From positions 706,098-770,097 of the forward strand of contig JAKMXF010000155.1 of NCBI GenBank assembly GCA_024704765.1: a stretch of 64,000 nucleotides of DNA, written 5' to 3'. Position 1 is the stretch's first letter, and each line of letters begins with the position of its first letter. The DNA comes from Oopsacas minuta. Taxonomy: Eukaryota; Animalia; Porifera. The notes under the pieces were generated by a model. It was not told the DNA's origin. It made no database searches and worked only from the letters and a program-made list of their open reading frames with translations. The position numbers and the translations under genes are program-made. Positions 1 through 13,691 of the stretch are shown here, piece by piece.

Positions 1-799
1 AGAAAGTTGAAATATGGTTCTATATAATTGCACTGAGAAATACTAGCTTAGAACTGCTATTTCATTAAAAATATACAGTGATTAGTATATATTGAATGCC
101 CCTGTATTTAGCCATATAAAACCTGTTAAATTATTAACAAACATTGGCCAATCAAAAGTGGAGCGAAATGTCTGAAACGTTTTGTCGTTATCCTGCGGAA
201 ACTGCTCATATTTGTCCGAATAAATGTATTTCATGTACGTAGAACAAAAATTATTTATTCAACAGTATGTGCTAAATGATTTCAGGAATGTATCAAAATA
301 TGTATCTAGAAAACATTTGTTTGTTAAATATGTCACACATTTGTACCTTATCTACCGTCTTTAATTTACATGTGAGTATATGAAATGATCTACATCATAG
401 CCTACTAAATATTTTGCTTAATAGTAAAAGTACCAGGGATGCATTATTAGCTGAGATTGACGAATTCTGTTATTGTCTTAAATATTTAATCAAAATGTTT
501 TCTCAAGTATTATTAATAATCCCTCGCTGGTATTAAACTAAGATATTGAAATTCTATTTGAAGTACATTGAAACTAATGTTATTGGACAACAGCCCAATC
601 AACATATATAATAAATGTAAGTACATGCAATTACAATAATAATACATACACTTCACAAAATCATGAGAACTTTTTCAGTTTGCGTTTTTCTATACACCTA
701 GAAGTTACAAGTGAATTATAGTTCTTAGTCTTGTTGGCTAGAAAGCAATTAGCAGTAGTAAAAATAAGTTTACGTAAGATATCCAATCTGGTTACATTA

Positions 800-3700
800 C
801 AGATAGAATAGTTTGATTTTCAGATATCGATGCTTACATCATCTTCCATGTATATCATTGTGAGCTCAACTAATATTTTCCTACCTGGACCGTGTACAAT
901 AGATTCGCCAAATGCTCATTGTCCTCAATACCAAACAGAATCTTCCAGAAAGTAATGACAGAGCTAAGAACAGGCTCAGATGGATACTTGAGCCTCCTTG
1001 ATCTGCTAATTGCAAGAGCTTGATTTGAGAAATTGAATCACATTCAGGAAAATATTCTTTATCATAAGTTAGCGTGCACAATCTACACCTTGAAACCTTA
1101 TCAAGAATTTATAAACCGATTATCCTCAGATAAATCCTAACTACTGGAGTATCTTCTAAGTATGTTCAATTGATAATGAATCACCAATTCCTTCAAGATA
1201 GGGCCTCAAGAACAATTTGGTCATCACTAGGAGTGATAAAGGGTGAAGTAAAAGATTTAACAAAAGTATATAGAGATTGAGAAGAGTCCTGTTAGTCATA
1301 GAACATTTTTAGAATCTTGGAGAGCTTAAGACGACGCTCGATTTCAAGAATTTGATGTAAGAAATATGATAATTCGAACCAGCCATCATACAATAGAGTG
1401 GTGTTCCAATGTGTCAGTTTGCAGAAATGCAAAGAATACATAAGAAAAGTCACATAACCCAGTTAGATAGCTTGTTTTCTGTTCTAAATCAATACAAGCG
1501 TGTCTCAAACTAGTATACGTTAGCTTACTCAATTTACTCGATTTGCCAGATAAGGACTTTCAAGCATCTATCCAATACACTATATAAGCAAAATATATGA
1601 AACGCTCATCGTGTAAGATCAAGGGTGTTGAGAGATGGCCATTTAAACGGATGTCTTTGAAGTGTGTACTAACATTGGATATTTTCCACAGAGGAAAAAA
1701 GATTCTAACAAACTTAAAGGTATTATTACGATATTCTTCTCAACGTTTTTCATTTTGAATGCTCAAGAGTGGATAGTGTTGGGTTATTAAAAACCTTCAG
1801 AACCAATCTGACATTCTGTGTTTCTATACTAGAAGGAAAACAAGCTTTCGCTGTTAACTGAGGAGCCAGTTTCGATAAACCTCCCCTTTCAGACGAGTAT
1901 AGAAGGCGTACATATGGAAAAGATGCTGAATGGAGACAAAGGGGGTACTGGCATTTATCAATCTCAAAATCTTCCAACTTGGGGAATTACATTGTCTCAT
2001 CAAAATTCTTCTGATTCAATTAATTACAGGGTGTCCAGAAATTAGTGTCACCTTACATTATGTTAAGAATAAGAAAATACCAGTGTACTATTGAATTCAT
2101 TTATTCCTCAATATAACCACCCTCCAATTCTAAACATTTTCTAATTCTATTGGGCATCCCTCAACTAGATTGTCGAGACAAGATGGATCAATGTTGGACC
2201 AGGCCATTTTTGAAGATTTCTTAAGGTTTTCTAGGTTATTTGATTGAGACAACTCGTCAACACTCTGTTTGAGAATTGACCAAAGATTCTCAATTGGATT
2301 CAAGTCTGGAGAGTTACCTAGCCACTTCTCTTTAGCCCAGAAATTTGGTAAGTGGTTTTTACACCAATCTTAAGTAGTGTTGGCTCTGTGGGGTGGAGCA
2401 CCATCTTGCATCAATGTGGCCTCCAACGGGTCTGCTATCATTCTCTTTTCGAGTATTGTCCCTGTTTTTCGTTGCGGTTTAGTGCATCTTTGCAGGTTTT
2501 GGTCAGTATTTCAGACACATAATAAGAAGCATTCACAGTTCGTTTGGGTGGCACAAAATGTAATTCTGATAGTGCCTAATGTCTCATCATGCCCCACCCC
2601 ATGATTTTCTGCAGGAATTTAACCGTTTACTGAGGGAGAACATCTGAAGAATTATGACGCCAGACATGATCATCTTTGATAATTGGATGAATTGGAAAGT
2701 TCAAAGCGTGACTCATCTGTCCAGAGACTGCATTTCCAATCATCTACTGACCACATACAGTATTTTTGACAGAATTCCAGTCTGTTTGCCTTTTGCTTTC
2801 CGGCCAATTTTGGCTGTTTAGGTCGTTTGAAGGCCTTAACTCCAGGGATTTGGATAAATATGAGTGCACAGTGCTCTTGGATATAGAATATCCCTTAGAT
2901 TTCAGTTTAGCACTCAATCTTCTTGTGATTGGTGACGTTTTCCAAGAGATTTGCCAATAATCATCTTGGCTACCGGATTCAGCAAGGATGGGCCACCGGC
3001 ACCAGGTTTATGGTCGAGGCTCTGGTTGCTGGTAAATCTCTTCCACCACCGTTTGACCGTGCGAATATCCTTCCCTATCCTACTAGCAACTACTTTCTGA
3101 GTTAGTCCACCTTCCAGCATGCCTATTGCGTGTGTACGAACCTCAGTGCTCATAATAATAAGGCTAATCAGGTGAAAATGTATAGCAAAATGAAAATCGA
3201 AGCAAAAGTCGCAATAAAAGTGAATTTTGTAATGTATTTCAGTAAACAGAGGTACTGCATAAAATTTACGAAATAGTGTATTAAGGCATATACGTACTAG
3301 TGCTAATCAGTATATGGTCAGTTAAGAAAATTATTATAAGGTGACAATAATTTCCAGACACTCTGTATTACGTAAACTTTGAAAATATGAACAAAATCGA
3401 ATGTGACGAAGGGAAATCTAGTAGGATCAATGGGTGAGGCACCCTAGCTTCCAATTTGCCACTCAGAGAAAATACTTTGAAATGATTTATATTCAAAGGA
3501 TAATTGCCAGTTGAAGTTACCTATGCCATGTAAACCACAATTCTCAATATCAATGATGCACTCTTTGATGATGGGAAATATCTTTTCAGTGGAAATAGAA
3601 CCACATGGTAGTAAATGTGAAATACAAGACCATTTATTGTGTAAACTAGATACCATTAACGCGAACACAGTTTTGGTTGGGTCCTCCTGGTCCAAATTTG

Positions 3701-4845
3701 GAGCAACAATTTTCCTTCCTTTATAAGTAATATCAGATTTAACGTGTATTTCATCCATTTGGACTATAACATTTCTCTCCAATGAACTGAAGGAAGAAGT
3801 AGCTTGGGTGAGATAGGCTGAGAAATCGTTTGCAATGCTAAACGGAGAATACAATGTATTTAATGTCTGAACATGTGGTAGAGAACGACACTCTAAACCG
3901 TGGAGATATACATAGCATGCTGGAGAAATGAGATGAGTCTTAATTGATATGACTTGAGTAATTATATTGTACCTTCGTCTGTTCTTTGGAATATATATAT
4001 TGTCTAGTTGACAGAGGATAAATTGGAGCTTGGCTATAACTGAGGAAGAATAGTTTTACTATGCTCTATGCTAGCTAAATCAATAACCTTCTCTATGTGT
4101 TGTTTGTCACGAGGAATATTAAATGGATGTGATTTAGTTTGACGATCGTCAGATACAGATTTTTAGGAAATTTGATGTAATATTTATTCAATTTGTCGAA
4201 TTTCATTAATTAAATTATGAGAAGTAGGTATACTTTGTCTATAGAACCAGGCTGATACAGATAAAAATGAATTTATTTCTAGATATAAACCCACTGAAAT
4301 AATTTTTCAATAAGAAGAGGAAGAATAAACCGTGTGCTAGAAGTGTCAGTATGCCATATTAACTAATTGTCCGGTAACACAATATAATTCAACTTCGCTT
4401 TCAGATCCTGTAGATTTCTAACGATGAATTTGTGTTTGGACTCACTCTCAGATTTTAGGCTAAGCTGAATGGTTTGATCCATTTTTTCTTTCTCTTTTGA
4501 TTCATAAGACAAGGAAGAACATTTGCTTGTCGATAATGATGAATAATAAGAGGGGCAACCAGGAAGTAAACAAGGAATTGTCCCTTCATCCAGCTTAAGT
4601 TTATCACGAGGTACACTAGTGAAAGTACCGTCACCATTGGAAACCTTATGAAAATACTCAATGTCTTCTTCACTGAAATGCTTGATACATACATTTACAA
4701 CTTTGAGACGATCGATATCTTCACGGTGAAGAGTGCGTATCCAAGTCTGTTTAAGTGCAGGTGGATTCTCTGACATTCTGAATATATGCACACTGTCATC
4801 TGGATAATAATACTTATGCAACCCGGAGTCGAAAGCACTGGGCAT
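800..4845 (-). pseudogene. Decayed THAP-domain P-superfamily (THAP9-like) transposase, interrupted by a Tc1-like element
   Basis: Minus-strand fragments occur in P-transposase order: ATG 4845 MPS..STPGC, then THAP core (FRM..P..KQTWI...VNVCIKHF); IVQMDEIHVK (ORF 3444-3854); HIFK-SLRNN(W)LNQK across the Tc1 insertion; KLAPQLT...QNVRLVLKVF (1750-1977); QTDTLE...GSNYHIS..QILE (~1330-1420); C..C...DxGG..YPS (~970-1080). Many stops and frameshifts. Termini not found; left boundary approximate. Confidence 0.85.
2027..3365 (-). mobile_element. Tc1-like DD37E (TRT-type) element, full length, decayed transposase 3153->2101
   Basis: TA|CAGGGTGTCCAGAAATTAGTGTCACCTTA ... TAAGGTGACAATAATTTCCAGACACTCTG|TA: ~29-bp imperfect TIRs with a TA TSD. 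HTH ORF 2914-3153, WTDESRF, and QDGAPPH...SPDLNPIENLW with 37 codons between D and E by manual count. Confidence 0.92.
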
Positions 4846-7049
4846 CAGAAATACAATATGCAAGCTAATAGTGAACATAAGCGTAAATGGATCATAAAAT
4901 GACAAGAGGTATGTGATGGACTATCATCACTAGTAACAAGAGTATGTGAGTGAAAAAAATTTTTATTTGCACATATTGCTATTTTGCTGAATTAAACAAT
5001 ATGATTAATTAAAAATCCGATATTTGAAAATATAAAATGGTTGGTTAATATAGTCAGCTAATATCTTATCCCTGGTACAAAATATTGAAGTTACTGTTAA
5101 GGCTTATATTTAGTAGGCTACGTCTACATATATTCGTATATAAGTTTTGTGATAATCAAGTTGGTTCCTTCTTGAGTTACAGTTGATACCATAGATCACA
5201 CCTTGTTGTGAATATTCAATTGTTACTCCTTAATCAGGATTTTATTGACGAATCAGGATAGCCAATTTGTAGTACTTATAGACTCGATTTCCTATACACT
5301 TGTAATATATTTGGATATGATATCGCCTACAAATTTGGAGGAATTGTGAATATACCCGTATATGGTCATTCTCATCATGATGCAGTAAGATTCAGAGATA
5401 TCACATCAATATGTAAAACATGGATGTGGGATGTCGGGTATCAGTATAATTTGGCTACACCTTATTTAACAATATATTTTACGACTATCGAAGTTTAATT
5501 TGATATTAACCAATTCTGTCACCCCTGGTTTCTCCTGTAACTCAAGAACTAATAGACTTTAGTCTCAGAAATATTTGAAATTTGTTTGAGAGTACCTATA
5601 TATCGTTTCGTATATGGAGTTGCAATGAATAGAGTAATATTTAACCATTACAAGGTTTCTAATATTGGTATATTTACCAAATAGATGCTAACTATGGTCA
5701 TATTTTGGCACATTCCAGCCATTTAGCATTTTGTAGTTATAAATTATTGTTCTTCAAATATCCATTACATTTATCAGAATAGTTATATTGAGCTGAGTTA
5801 CCAGTAACTGATTTATTTGAACTTAGCGATTGCAGCAGAAAGAAAGAAAGGAGGGAATATGGCTCCTCAATATCAAACAAGACCTGCCACACAGACCGAA
5901 CAAATTAAATCAAATCAAGATCCGGCAACCACCCTGACCACACCGCTAAATCCATCTGGATGAGTGATGAATTCATAATGCAAGCCATAGTATAAGAATC
6001 GAAATTGTCCAAGTTAATGCAAATGTATGACATCATTATATTTCTTGGTATAATTTGTCATATATGTAGAATATTTGGGTTTGCGTAATGTATATCGAAA
6101 GCCTTAGATTTACGATATGGTTGGATATATTTCTACTTATAATTCCGGAAATTTATAACTTTCTAACACTATACCTACAGAAAACGAGGCAATATATAAC
6201 TATTCTCCATTCAGTGATGCAATTTTCCTATGACTTAAGGGTAAAGTCACCATAACTCAGAAAGTAAACAATCAATCTATTAGCTGTCTGTTTTTCAAAG
6301 AGGCCTAACTTAACTGTGGAAAGTGGTACAGTTTACTTTGGCTTAGACCAATTGTGAGTGTGAGGTTACCTGGCTGACAACTTGGAGTTTCGAATTGCTT
6401 GAATAGCATTAATCCAATCACTTTAGTAATAAAGCAAAATGTAGCGCATGATACATACCCGTTGAAAAAAATACATTGAGCACATATATATGTTGTGCAA
6501 ATACTGGATTCATAAAGCCATGGAAGAAATTTCTTCGTAAACACGATAAATTCATTTGTAAGCGACATGTCCAAATTGAGGATGAATTAAATTTTGCATG
6601 AAATACTTTTTAACAAACGAGGTATTTAGGATTTTAAATATTGACACAAAAGATAAAGTCGCTCATGCAATAGAATATATCACTTACGTCATTATTCAAT
6701 AACATGTAATATCTCATCCTCCAATCCTACGATCTTATACTGGTTCCTCTATAACAAAGCTAACGGACCGAATACATTATTAGGATAGCAATCACATTCA
6801 CCGATGTAGTGTGAATCGATAAAACCCATTCATGAATAATGAAAGCGATAATTTGCACCCCAAATACATCTAACAAGATTCAGAATTCAAATTCTATAGG
6901 TAGGCGTGGGAAAACATAGATTCTCCGATTCTGATATTCTGACTCTTTATATAATTAATTGCCCTCCAGTAACCATGATCCTAATATTAATACAAATTGA
7001 AGTGAAGCATTTCTCACTGAGGTGTATATATAAGCAAAATAACAGCTTT

Positions 7050-7330
7050 ATCTACCTCCCAATGGGATTTCTAATGAACACCATTTTTATTTAAATATGT
7101 TGAGCCTTCGGTATTAATTGTGGCGATTCTAGAGCATCAATCATTTTACCCCTCCACTCAGAATAATGTCCATTTGTTCCCCATATCTGCACTAATAACC
7201 CAAACATCAGTTTGGAGTAACAAAGTTACCAAAAACAATTCCACACCAGTTCCCCAAGTTGCGTTCCTTTTACTATAAGCTCAACTTTTCTGTAATTATA
7301 TACTGATCGTGTAAATTGCTTTCGATGAAT
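7050..7330 (-). pseudogene. OTU-like cysteine protease domain relic (possibly from a Helitron/Helentron ORF)
   Basis: Minus strand reads ATWGTGVELFLVTLLLQTDVWVISADMGNKWTLF and, after frameshifts, YLNKNGVH*. This resembles the OTU WGT.VE...HY pattern. Motif-level recognition only. Confidence 0.4.
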
Positions 7331-7509
7331 TTATCACAAGGCTGTGGTAGACCGAATTTGATGGGTTATTATCGGTATTCTCGGTCATCCAAAATGCCAT
7401 TAAACAAATATACAATTCCCATATCCAAAATATTTGATATTTTAGATGGATAGTATTCGCTAAAATTGTATTTATGCGGAGCGATATATCTATTTATCCT
7501 AGTCTTCAA

Positions 7510-7537
7510 CAGTGGTTGCGCGCTAGCGCAACCACTG
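7510..7537. other. GC-rich perfect hairpin (12-bp stem, 4-nt loop)
   Basis: CAGTGGTTGCGC-GCTA-GCGCAACCACTG. On the minus strand it is followed 7 nt later by CTAG, a Helitron-3'-end-like arrangement, although the next base is G rather than T. Confidence 0.8.
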
Positions 7538-7763
7538 ATGGCGCTAAATCAGGCTGGGATTTTCTTTATGGGGCTGTCATAGCTTGCTCTTCTTTGAGAA
7601 AATATTAATGTGTACTTAAATATCAAAATATTAATTGATTTAAGAAAGTTTCGTTTCTAGTAATATAATTAATAGAAGCAATAACATTGTTCACTATTAA
7701 TAATTCAATACTTATTAAAAGTATTTCCAAAATATTTTTAAGTGAAATGGATGAATGAATAAA

Positions 7764-10077
7764 TCAGCTCAATTGAATCCTCCGATCTCCAGTTTTATCG
7801 AATTTGTCCGCCATCTCGCCCATATCTATTTTGGATGCACGAGTCCTATTGATTGACAAAGTCAGAGGTCTCCCAGTCTATCACCATCCATAGTGCTACG
7901 AAGATACGTCTTAACACGTTTCATACAAGAGAATGATTAATCATTCTCAGCTGTTGTAACAAGGATGTTACATGCTATCTGGTAGGCCTTGTAGAGTTCT
8001 GTGTAGACCATTTTGTGTGGCTCGATGATGTTAATGACCTCTAATATAGTTTTCAACTGTGGATTAGCCTTTCTATATTGATTGGAGAACACAGTAAATT
8101 CGCTACTTTGTAATTCCTCATTCAGATGATAGTGCTCAATAAAGAACTTCGTTGCATGGATCTTAAGGAAATCATCAGATGTGGGAATCAATGATGACAT
8201 CGCCAAAAGGACAGAACACGTGTCCTTGCTGCAACGTCTATTAAGTTCAGCTATGAAGAGTCTAACAACTGGATCGAATAATCTCACTTTGTAGTCCGAT
8301 TTGATCCACACTCTAGAATTAACAGCATCTTCTTTACAAACTCGACGGCGTTTTACGATCGGCTGCGGTATCGCGTGTTCATCTAAGAGTGCCTTTGCGG
8401 TATCCCAGATTTCATCAAATAAGTCCTCGGCAGAGAGAGACATCTTGAGTGTATCAATGTGATTAACTGCAATGCCAATATCCAAGTGTTTGTCCTGCAT
8501 ATAGTTTGCCGAATATGAAGTTAGTGTCAGAACTTTTCTGAATAATTGAAGACAGACCACGAAGTGAGTATCAATAAAATTGATGATACCTTGCGCTGCA
8601 GCACTTCTATCGGTGTTGGTATCTTCTGCGAAATGCACAGTGGCAGCAATGATTCCCCCTAAAGTATGCGCCACAGCAGAGCAAGCCTCGGATTGACAGC
8701 ACCAACGAGTTTTGGATAACAATTTCAATTCACGATGTTGCGCCTCATGTGTACCCAGGACCTTCTGCGTTTTCTCGAAGAAATCAAGTGGAGCTAAATT
8801 TGAGAAGAATGTGTAGAGCTGTTCAATACTCGCATAAATGACACGCTTTGTCGATATTTTGGCGCAAGCAACCACTACTAAGTTGAGCCTGTGTGCCCAC
8901 CAATGCACATATAAGGCCATCGGGTATACTTTACTCCTCATAAGTGCTTGTAGACCATGTAGTCGTCCACTCATTGTTGAAGCACCATCATTACACTGGG
9001 CAGCCATATGATCACGAACGCAGACACCCACAACTGCCAGCACATGAGCCGGCTTTACCACGATGGAATTCGTGTCTAGCCCCTCTGCTCTGATGAAATT
9101 GAAGAAATAGTCGTGCAACTCACCCTCGTAGACATATCTTACACAAACGGATATTTGTTCAATTTCCCCACAATCTCTAGATTCGTCCGCCAATAAAGAA
9201 AAATATTTCTCCGTCATTAGTTCTTCTAGAATTTTCTGGCGTACAGAGTTGGCAAGAATAGACAATATCGAATCCTGGATAGAGTGATGAACATACTGAG
9301 CATTTCTAGGTCGTTGACTTTCTCTTTGATAACCTTACCGTGGACACCAAACGCAGTAACAATTTCGAGAAAATTCCCTCTCTTTCGAGATCCGCAGTTG
9401 AACTCTGGGCCAATGACTTCACCCATATCATCCACCAATCTTCCCTCACGGTCACCTCTGAGAAGAAGGCCTTGTACAGCACAGAGGGTGATTACCTGAC
9501 CTACTATTTTTACATAGTGCCGATTATCTTGAACAGCTTGCATGCTCAGTGCTCCAACTATTACCTCAATGCTTTCTGTACGAAGATTACCTTTGTATCC
9601 TGACCATTTGAGCATTGAATTAAGATGAGATAACGACTCCTCATGAAGTTTGATACCTTTTCTTCTCCATCGCAATTTTCCAATTGTCAAACCTAAAGAA
9701 GTCCACTTTAACTCATGACCAGCACCAGCTACCTGAAATAACCTACAAGGATAGCAAAAACATGGCATCGATTATTCGAGAATACTCAAGCCCATGTCTG
9801 CCAATGTACTATCCTTTATGAAAGCAACGCATCTGGCCGCCTAACATGGTTTGCTTATAAGTGATTAACTTCGGCTGTCTCAGGTCCTCAGACAGATTCT
9901 GTGCACTTTCTGGAACGTCCTCCGCAGAGACATCCATCGCCGTTTTGCACGTTTAGGATTGTGAGAGTAAGTATCTTCTGGATGTTCAATTATTACATCT
10001 TCCACTTCAAATTCCTGAGTTGCTTCTGGCTGGTCCACTTCAATCTCATCACGCTTTCTCTTCACAAAGGAACCCAT
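7764..10077 (-). pseudogene. Decayed hAT transposase (ZMYM1/DUF4371-like with C-terminal dimerisation domain)
   Basis: ORFs 9880-10077, 9226-9768 (CFCYPCRLF, LLLRGD, GNFLEIV) and 7937-9265 (FSLLADESRD, AQCNDGASTMSG, YVHWWAHRLNLVV, LSKTRW). A hand-read continuation gives SFSCMKRVKTYLRSTM up to a stop at 7764. Termini not found. Confidence 0.92.
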
Positions 10078-10359
10078 TTGAATTTGAAATGTAGCAAATA
10101 AGTATTTGTAACAAAGCTAAAATATTCATTAATAGTGTATAATGTTAATTCCCTTTTATACATCTATTGTGAATCAGCGTCTTAATTACAAATTGTTTAT
10201 TTATTACAGTAGCAATAATTGCCTCATTATTGGTTAGTTTCATCAACTTAGATCTTAGAAGAATTAACAATTTGCGACAAGAAATTCGTGACACAACAAT
10301 TCGTTATATTACAATGATTTGGTACCTTCTCCAACTTAGATCTTATCAATAATATATAA

Positions 10360-12930
10360 CACTGATATGCAGCATTTTTGATGATCTTCTTTCTCTATTA
10401 TTTTTGCATAGTGTGGATATATATTCGGAATTATTAAGTATTATTTTCATCCTCAAGGGTACTAAAAGCATGAAATTTCTATTTTAGTTATTTCGGTCTT
10501 TTAATTGACTACATGGTCAAAGTATTTCTGATTTCATTTCTACACATCACCCTTATCCAATTTATTTGGTTGCAATTGCTTATATGATGTAAATTGCCTC
10601 TAATTGTAGTTGTTATTTGATTGATTCCACTCGACATTTAGTTTATCTTGTTCATTTTATTGTTTATGGCTTCTTGGGTTTGTAAAAATTCTCCTGAAAA
10701 GTTTTGTTATATTTGTGGGAGGTATACTACAACTGACCAACGGCAAAATATCACCAAGGCTGTAGAACGCTGTTATTTCGCATATTTTGGATGCCATCTT
10801 GGGAATCAAGATAAGCCGTGGGCTCCACACAATGCATGTAAGACATGCGTTGGGAACTTACGCTTGTGGTATGCTGGGAAGAGAAAGAAAATGCCGTTTG
10901 CAGTTCCAATGATATGGAGAGAACCTTTGTGTCATCTTTCGGATTGTTATTTCTGTATACCAAAAATTGATGGTATCACAAAATGAATGAATCCAGTATT
11001 GCGTACCCAGACGTACCGTCCGCCATTAGGCCAGTTCCACATTCAGAGGACCTACCTGTACCAGTTCCATCAGAAATATTGGACATTAGCAGTGACAATG
11101 ATAGTAGTGGAGATTCTGACGAGTACATACTCCCACCAGACGATAATTCTCCTCAGCTTTTGATCAAGGTGATCTTGACGACCTAATAAGAGATCTTAAT
11201 TTACCAAAATCGTCTTCAGAAATTCTTGCTTCACATCTAAAAGAGAAGAATTTACTACTTCCGGGGGTGAATATTTCAAAATATCGAACTAGAGAACAAG
11301 ATTTCCTTAAATTTTTTCACGTACAGCCATCATTTGTATATTGTGGAAATATTCCTGGTCTGGTAGAAAAGCTTGGAGTGAAATATAATCCTGAAGAATG
11401 GCGATTATTTATTGATTCCTCTAAAAGAAGTTTAAAGGGAGTGTTACTCCATAATGGTAACAAGCTTGCGTGTTTTCCAGTTGCATATTCTTTTCAGCTT
11501 AAGGAGACTTACGACACCATGAAGGTTTTCCTAGATGCACTAAATTACACTATGCATCGATGGTTAATTTGGGGAGATCTTAAGGTCGTATCATTACTTC
11601 TCGGACAACAAGGTAGTTATACCAAATATCCATGTTTCCTGTGTTTGTGGGATAGCCGTGCAGACGCTCGACATTACGTCCAGAAAGTGTGGCCGAATCG
11701 AGACCATTTAGTTCCTGGTAGTCACAATCTTATCCAAGAACTACTTGTGGATTCTAACGATGTCTTGTTACCACCTCTTCACATTAAACTTGGTTTAATG
11801 AAAAGTTTTGTGAAGGCATGCCTAAGGAAAGTGGAGGTTTTTGTACCTCGTGGAAAGATTCCTTGCATTTTCTGATGCGAAGATTAAAGGTGGCATCTTT
11901 GTTGTACCACAAATAAGGGAGCTATTAAAAGATGATGAATTTCTTAAAAAATTAAATAGCCTAGAGAGGAAAGCTTGGCTGAGTTTTCGTGATGTAGTGG
12001 AAGGTTTCCTTGGAAATCACAAAGTTGACAACTATGCTGACATTGTCGAGAGATTAATAGAGAATTACAAAATGCTCGGTGCGAGAATGTCTATAAAAAT
12101 CCATTTCCTTCACTCACACCTGGATTATTTTCCAAAAAATCTTGGGGCATTAAGCGAAGATCAAGGCGAACGTTTCATCAAGATATTAGTGACATTGAAC
12201 ACAGATACCAAGGAAAATGGAATTCCAGTATGATGGCGGACTACTGTTGGTGTTTGAAACGCAACAAGCCGGACGTTCTATACAAAAGAAAGTCGAGGAA
12301 AAGACAATTTTTAGACGATTAAATTTGAATCTATATTATTAAATCTCAATTGTTGTCTATTTGTTTGTCTGTCTGTTCGTTTGTCTGTTGCTAAGGAAGC
12401 TGAAATAGAATGTGGAATTCATATTTGCAAAATGTTGGACCTTTATATCTATGGTGTTAATCAGGAAGATATACAAACGGGTGCATTGATTTCGAATATC
12501 GTATCGTCAGTAGCATGTGATAAATATTTGTTGTTGTTTAGTAGCATAAAGAAACAAATTCCAAAATTATCCTAGAAACGTGGTTTCAACGGTCATTGTG
12601 GGGTAATCGGGTACGCTGATTCTGAATATCACACAAACTAATAGTCAAAGCGAGGGCCAAAGGCCGAGTACGGACACGAAGTGTTAGAATCCGCGTAACA
12701 CGTTAGTGATAGTTAATGTTAGTATTATTTAGTAGGTAATAAACATAAATGTATGTTTAATTTCATATATTTAATCGCATATTGGTGCAATCTTCCAACC
12801 AGAAAATTATAAATTCTAGACCTGTTGTGAATATATACTTAACTCATTCATAAACAGTCCCTTCAAATTATTCAATTTCAGCTATTCTTGTTTAATCATC
12901 AAAAACATTTTATAATTTTGTACATCAGTG
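10360..12930 (+). mobile_element. Chapaev3-like (CMC superfamily) element, copy 1; frameshifted transposase ~10666-12322
   Basis: TAA|CACTGAT...ATCAGTG|TAA with a 3-bp TWA TSD. Motifs CKNSPEKFCYICG, QDKPWAPH..C..C, WREP..H..DCYFC, WRLFIDSSKRSLK, GDLK, CFLCLWDSRA, PPLHIKLGLMK, KIHFLHSHLD, SEDQGERF. The family name comes from my recall of Chapaev3 termini and motifs. Confidence 0.85.
12330..12706 (+). mobile_element. Non-autonomous Helitron-like element nested in the 3' UTR of Chapaev copy 1
   Basis: 5' A|TCTATATTATTAAA followed by (GTYT)n-like simple sequence. 3' GGACAC-GAA-GTGTTA hairpin remnant, then TTAG|T. No TSD, AT target. Confidence 0.6.
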
Positions 12931-13329
12931 TAATTTTCCATAATAATCGATTCACAATTGAGGTATCAATAATTTGCTAATTTAGTATTTGTAATGCTAC
13001 CAAAAAATATTCGTATGGTGCTAGTTAGATAATGTAATAGACCAGCTTAGCTAATGGGGCTATTTGAGGGCCGACGAAAATCTAGATAAGGCTAGAACCT
13101 ATCTAGTCCCATGCTAGCGCCGCCATTGCTTTTCAAATGAACCTATTTTTGATAAATTGATAAATGGGACAATTCAATTTTGAATCTATCCTATCAATGC
13201 TAACGTCTATCATCTTGAATACATGACAAATATCATTTTGATTCTACAGTCATACTGTATTCACAAAAGAATTGGAAAATTATGAATACTTTTTATACCT
13301 CAAAGTCCTGAAAAAGAACCAACGATCCC

Positions 13330-13690
13330 CTTTATTTTAAGGGAATTAAATTGTAGAATGTCAACGTAAGTACCTGTAAAAAGCAATGCGATTAGGTTGA
13401 TACATAACTTCAAAAATTCGTTTCAAACTTTGAGCCGATAGTCGCAAAAAGTGAGACAATTTTATATGGTCGATGCGGGAGATATTTTTGAGTGTTTCTT
13501 GAAACATTAGCCATTGTTGAACTATATCATTCTCTACACTAAGGCAATGGTAGTAACTGGAACATGGATTGATTGAATACCTCAATATTCGGAAAGAAAA
13601 TTCTATATTTCGTAAACAATTATTATGGTATATTTTGGCCAGAATGAATGTATTATAGATATTTGTCAATACACAATTCCTATATCTACA
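13330..13690 (-). pseudogene. Possible PIF/Harbinger transposase N-terminal fragment, site of the adjacent hAT insertion
   Basis: HFLRLSAQSLKRIFEVM...YRYLR resembles the Harbinger FLRMS...F..L...DT.LR region. Weak and degenerate. Confidence 0.3.
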
Positions 13691-13691
13691 C

